A stretch of DNA of 53,224 nt from a virus. The stretch is taken from positions 1 to 53,224 of IMG/VR virus record IMGVR_UViG_3300036791_000129. One strand, written 5' to 3'. Positions 49,314 through 53,224 of the stretch are shown one piece after another. The position numbers were made by a program, and so were the translations under genes. Below the pieces are notes generated by a model. It ran no database searches. It saw only the letters and a program-made list of their open reading frames with translations, and was not told the origin of the DNA. Within the stretch, counting starts at the first letter, position 1. Every line of letters starts with the position of its first letter.

Positions 49314-52115
49314 TCATAGCTGTTTCCACTTCTCTATGTATAACCTACGTTTACCATTAGACATTGCGCCACGCAACAGGAACCAATCATTGGCATTCTG
49401 TTTAGTTAGTGGTTCACCTAATCGAGCATAGTATTTGCGTGGCACCGTGGCCGCGATTACGTCAGTATCATCTTCTAACATCAATGTTAACCACTTATCG
49501 TCAGCAACGCGCATATTGCCGCGCTCAATTAGAAATTGAGTTTCGTTCAAGGAACGAATTTTCCAGCTAATGACTCTACCTAATATTGTATAGCTACCTT
49601 CAATATCATCAATATCAGCAATATTCCACAACTTGTTATAAATACCATACTTCTTAGGATCAATGTATAGATCAGCGAATCGACGCCGCGCTTCAAATAC
49701 GTTATCGTAAGGTGTGGTTCCTTCCGCCAGCAGCTTGCATTGACGTTCTGTAAATCCAATGTTTTGTTCTCGACGTTGCAATATAGCTTTAGCTAACACA
49801 TCGCCAACACCTTTGATGTTAGTCAAGCCACCAATTAGTTTGTTATCCTTAACTGACCAACTGTATTCGCTTAACTGCGGATCATATGGCACAAATTCAA
49901 TACCGATACGATCTAATTCACGCAAATATTGTTTGATTGATAATGCGTCTTGCACATGCTTTAACGTAGCTAACGCAAACTGCAATGGATAGTGTGCTTT
50001 TAGAACCATGCACCAATAACTAACCGTGGCATAGGCAACAGAGTGTGATAAATTGAAAGCGTAATCGCCAGCAGAATTAACAGTTTCCCATATGCTCCTG
50101 GCGGTCAGTTCGTCAATGTTGTTCGCTAACGCACCAGTCTTGAATTTATCCCAAAACTGCGCATCAAAATATTCCATCCCAAGTTTCTTGTTGATGCCAC
50201 GCCGAAACAACGTCACATCTTCCCAATTCATCAAACCAATATCGCGCAGAATCCGCAACATCTGCTCTTGAAATACAATCAACCCATAAGTGTCGCGTGT
50301 GATATCAGCTAACATATCATGCAGCAATTCAACTGGCTTCTGCTGCATTCTCCTGGCGCACCACTCATAAGCCGCACCACTAATCAATGGTCCGGGTCTA
50401 GCTAATGCAGTTAGTGCTGCTAAATCAGTAAACCGATCTACTGCTACTTTGCGCGTTAAACCTTGTAATGCTTGACCCTCAAACTGGAACACTCCACAAT
50501 ATAGTTTGTCGCGTAATACTTTGAATGCTGCCGCATCATCTAACTGGTGCGCCAGGAGCGTGCTATGATTCCAACCAATTTGTTGCAAACAATCCGCAAT
50601 GATAGTTAGTGTGCGCAAACCTAAACAATCAACTTTCATTAAGTTGATGTGTTCAGCATCATATTTGTCAACATGCACTGTATTGTTGCGCACATCTCTA
50701 GCGACATAATGGTTAATAGGATCGTTAGTAATAACAACGCCAGCAGCATGGGTACTATGATGCCGTGCATGGGCTTCTAACCTTTCTGCTACTTTGATTG
50801 CCGGAAATTTCTTTATAAACGCTTGACCAATTTCAGTATCACTAAAAGTATCGGCAACGCAATTATCAGCGCGGTAGTCACCTTCCGCGCGCTTGATAAT
50901 TGAATTTGCAATTTGTTCGGCATCCCAACGTGGAATCCTAACAACTTTGGCGGTTTCTGCAATTGCTGACCTACCTTTGTACCTGGTTACAGTACCTAAC
51001 CGCGCCACTTTGTCCGCACCATATTTGTCAATCAAATAACGAAATACTAAATCTCTCTTATTGTCTTGAAAATCAATATCAATATCAGGCAAGTCACTAC
51101 GAGTAACATCAATAAACCGTTCGAATATGAGATGATGCGGAATAGGGTCAATATCGGTAATGCCCAACAGATAACATACAAGACTGCCACAACTAGAACC
51201 ACGCGCTGGGCCAACCAACATTTGCTGTTTGGCATACTGCACCATATCCGCAATAACTTTGAAGTAGTCAGCAAATCCCTTGTGTTCAATCAAAGTTAGT
51301 TCGTGTTGCATACGCTCTAAGTAAATGCCTTCAAGTTTGATTCCACGAATTGTTGCGCCAATAGTGCATAGTTCAAGCAAACTACGTTGCTCAAACGATT
51401 TGATGTTAGTTGCTTGCGCCAGTGTGGCGTTGCATTCTTCTGCTAGTTGATCTGCCAACGCAAAGTTTGCGTTAGTCAGATATCGGCAATCATGCATTAG
51501 TTGAAATCTATCCATGATGTGCATGGCACTAGGACGATTGAATGCATTCCTACCTAACAACACTTCATAAATATAACGATTTTCTGGCCGAATCATAAAA
51601 TTATCCGATACTGGAATCGCAGGACGATTCAACAATACTGGATTCGTTGCTGGATGCGCTTCTATTATTACTTTGCTTGGTAACTGCGCATTGTATTGGC
51701 CAATGCCGCTATTGCCTGACAAGATCAATACGTCAGCAGACAATGATTCAAGTTTGCTAATTGGTAGTCGCGGCACATAATGCGCGTTAGCAGTAGCTTC
51801 TTCAACTGCGCTATAAATCTCACGCAAACCGGCATCACTCCTGGCCAGGAGTGCTAACCAATAAAATTGTGGTCGTTTTGGTTTATCTGCAATATCACTA
51901 ACGAATGCTAATTCAACACCAAATATTGGTTTGATAGCAGCCGTATTGCAATGTTGATTCCACTGGATATGACCAAAAGTGGAACTACGATCTGTTAGTG
52001 CCGCACACTTACAACCTTGCGATTGTAAGTGTGCGACTACTTGTTCAATTGGTCCGTAAACCGCACGAAAACTGTATTCACTACGTATCTTTAGTTGTGT
52101 TAGCATTGCTGTCAC
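49314..52115 (-). CDS. dnaE: DNA polymerase III alpha subunit (DnaE-type, 933 aa)
   Basis: N-terminal PHP-type start LKIRSEYSFRAVYGP...ALTDRSSTFGH. Catalytic block GPARGSSCGSLVCYLLGITDIDPIPHHLIFERFIDVTRSDLPDIDIDF. Confidence 0.85.
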   Translation of the reverse strand: MTAMLTQLKIRSEYSFRAVYGPIEQVVAHLQSQGCKCAALTDRSSTFGHIQWNQHCNTAAIKPIFGVELAFVSDIADKPKRPQFYWLALLARSDAGLREIYSAVEEATANAHYVPRLPISKLESLSADVLILSGNSGIGQYNAQLPSKVIIEAHPATNPVLLNRPAIPVSDNFMIRPENRYIYEVLLGRNAFNRPSAMHIMDRFQLMHDCRYLTNANFALADQLAEECNATLAQATNIKSFEQRSLLELCTIGATIRGIKLEGIYLERMQHELTLIEHKGFADYFKVIADMVQYAKQQMLVGPARGSSCGSLVCYLLGITDIDPIPHHLIFERFIDVTRSDLPDIDIDFQDNKRDLVFRYLIDKYGADKVARLGTVTRYKGRSAIAETAKVVRIPRWDAEQIANSIIKRAEGDYRADNCVADTFSDTEIGQAFIKKFPAIKVAERLEAHARHHSTHAAGVVITNDPINHYVARDVRNNTVHVDKYDAEHINLMKVDCLGLRTLTIIADCLQQIGWNHSTLLAHQLDDAAAFKVLRDKLYCGVFQFEGQALQGLTRKVAVDRFTDLAALTALARPGPLISGAAYEWCARRMQQKPVELLHDMLADITRDTYGLIVFQEQMLRILRDIGLMNWEDVTLFRRGINKKLGMEYFDAQFWDKFKTGALANNIDELTARSIWETVNSAGDYAFNLSHSVAYATVSYWCMVLKAHYPLQFALATLKHVQDALSIKQYLRELDRIGIEFVPYDPQLSEYSWSVKDNKLIGGLTNIKGVGDVLAKAILQRREQNIGFTERQCKLLAEGTTPYDNVFEARRRFADLYIDPKKYGIYNKLWNIADIDDIEGSYTILGRVISWKIRSLNETQFLIERGNMRVADDKWLTLMLEDDTDVIAATVPRKYYARLGEPLTKQNANDWFLLRGAMSNGKRRLYIEKWKQL

Positions 52116-52272
52116 TCATGTATTCTATTTTTCCGCTGTCACTTATTTTTAGTAGGCTATAATACATACCGCGTTTATCTTTAACGGCCCACTCAATTAA
52201 ACTATTCTCTAACAGAGAGTCAACTTCACTACAATACAGTTGATGCCAACTAATCGGCCCGGTCATTAGCAT
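52081..52272 (-). CDS. Hypothetical small protein (about 63 aa)
   Basis: The track ORF reaches 52464 but lies inside the methylase gene. Internal ATG 52272 gives a short overlap with the methylase stop. Its 3' end overlaps the dnaE start. Confidence 0.35.
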   Translation of the reverse strand: MLMTGPISWHQLYCSEVDSLLENSLIEWAVKDKRGMYYSLLKISDSGKIEYMSDSNANTTKDT

Positions 52273-53224
52273 TTTCAGAATCCACCGTTCCTTGTTGTTC
52301 AACTGGCGTGGATTCACTAACTTCTTTTTTCTTGCCGTTACCTTTTCCGTTTTTTCCGTTCCGCTTTGCTTTTGCAGGAACGTTACTTTCGACGCTGATT
52401 TCTTTGCCAACTTCATTACCCCAATAGTACCAATAATTTCCCTCGTGGTTAGTGCGCCGTGCAAACATTTCTAACTTTGGCACATCAGGATACATCTTGG
52501 TAATTGCTTCGGCAAAAACTTCGGGCTTAGTACTATGTTCGCCTTTAGTTGATGTGGTTAGTTGGTCAAGTTGTTCGCCTAATTCTGGACCATGTGTTTT
52601 ACTACCTTTGCGCCCAACTAACAGCACTTCAATAGTATTACGACTCCAGTATCCAGTGCCAGGATTCATTTTATTCCAAAAGTAAGCTGATGAATACTCG
52701 AATCCCCAGCCATCAAGTATTTCAATTGCTGCTGATAATTTAGCTACTGTTGTCCACAAGAAACAAACGCAATTTTCAGCCGCCGGTAATTCAATACCGC
52801 GGATATCATCATCACTCATAACTGGATAATGATTCTCGGCTGATTTATCTTTGCCCGCTTCTGACCGCACTACATATTCCCATGGCGGGTCAATGTATAA
52901 TATGCCGTAAGTTAAATCCTCACCTTTGTCTTGATGCTTTCTATTTTCAGCAATTGTTGCGCGACTAAAAGCAGTTTGCTTTTCGCGATGCTTTAAACTC
53001 CGCGCATGTTCCTTGGCAATTTGTTCTGGTTTATCAGAATCAAGTATCTGTTGAATAATTTCAATTGGTAATAATCTGATTTCATCGGCAGCGCCTAGTT
53101 TAAGTATTCCACTATTAACTGCATCAATTAAATTTGGTCGTTTACAATCCAATATAGCAATTGCACGTTCAACAGAACGAAAACCAATATTGAATATTTC
53201 AGCCGCAGCCTTATCAGATTTTTG
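52250..53224 (-). CDS. MT-A70-type DNA adenine methyltransferase domain of the ParB/MTase fusion; the frame stays open to the window end and continues at 505..128
   Basis: ILYIDPPWEY...NHYPVMSDDDI is the DPPW catalytic motif of the MT-A70 family. The frame has no stop upstream of the M at 53152. Confidence 0.75.
   Translation of the reverse strand, partial: QKSDKAAAEIFNIGFRSVERAIAILDCKRPNLIDAVNSGILKLGAADEIRLLPIEIIQQILDSDKPEQIAKEHARSLKHREKQTAFSRATIAENRKHQDKGEDLTYGILYIDPPWEYVVRSEAGKDKSAENHYPVMSDDDIRGIELPAAENCVCFLWTTVAKLSAAIEILDGWGFEYSSAYFWNKMNPGTGYWSRNTIEVLLVGRKGSKTHGPELGEQLDQLTTSTKGEHSTKPEVFAEAITKMYPDVPKLEMFARRTNHEGNYWYYWGNEVGKEISVESNVPAKAKRNGKNGKGNGKKKEVSESTPVEQQGTVDSENANDRAD

Overview
The window is a complete, circularly closed phage genome. 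Bases 1-127 recur exactly at 53098-53224, which looks like an assembly overlap, so the unique length is about 53,097 bp. The virion genes indicate a contractile tail (sheath and tube).

Layout:
- About 85% of genes lie on the minus strand.
  - Replication/DNA metabolism, about 38.9-53.2 kb wrapping to 0.5 kb: DnaE-type Pol III alpha, SNF2 helicase, DEDDh exonuclease, VirE-like helicase, VRR-NUC nuclease, two GcrA-like HTH proteins and a ParB-domain/MT-A70 methyltransferase fusion that crosses the junction.
  - Packaging/head, 28.5-38.1 kb: TerS-like protein, TerL, portal, Mu-F-like protein, scaffold, major capsid.
  - Tail/baseplate/fibres, 8.4-28.5 kb.
- A plus-strand block at 2.6-8.3 kb carries 14 small early genes.
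- I did not recognise any integrase, tRNA, CRISPR array, reverse transcriptase or endolysin.

Most unusual signals:
1. The 9-mer CTCCTGGCG/CGCCAGGAG occurs at least 29 times, in all three reading frames inside genes and as the arms of intergenic hairpins.
2. Six terminator-promoter cassettes sit in the early region. In each, a -35-like hexamer lies in the loop of a hairpin whose stem covaries.
3. A 1.1-kb gene-free, locally GC-rich divergent region is packed with perfect hairpins and 11-12-bp periodic repeats.
4. A PEP-CTERM (exosortase-sorted) secreted protein is encoded inside the capsid module.
5. Two identical 34-bp perfect palindromes, centred on CCAATTGG, lie directly upstream of the ParB-methylase gene and of terL. 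A 42-bp palindrome with the same core sits over an early promoter.

All functional calls rest on motifs read by eye. No database search was run.
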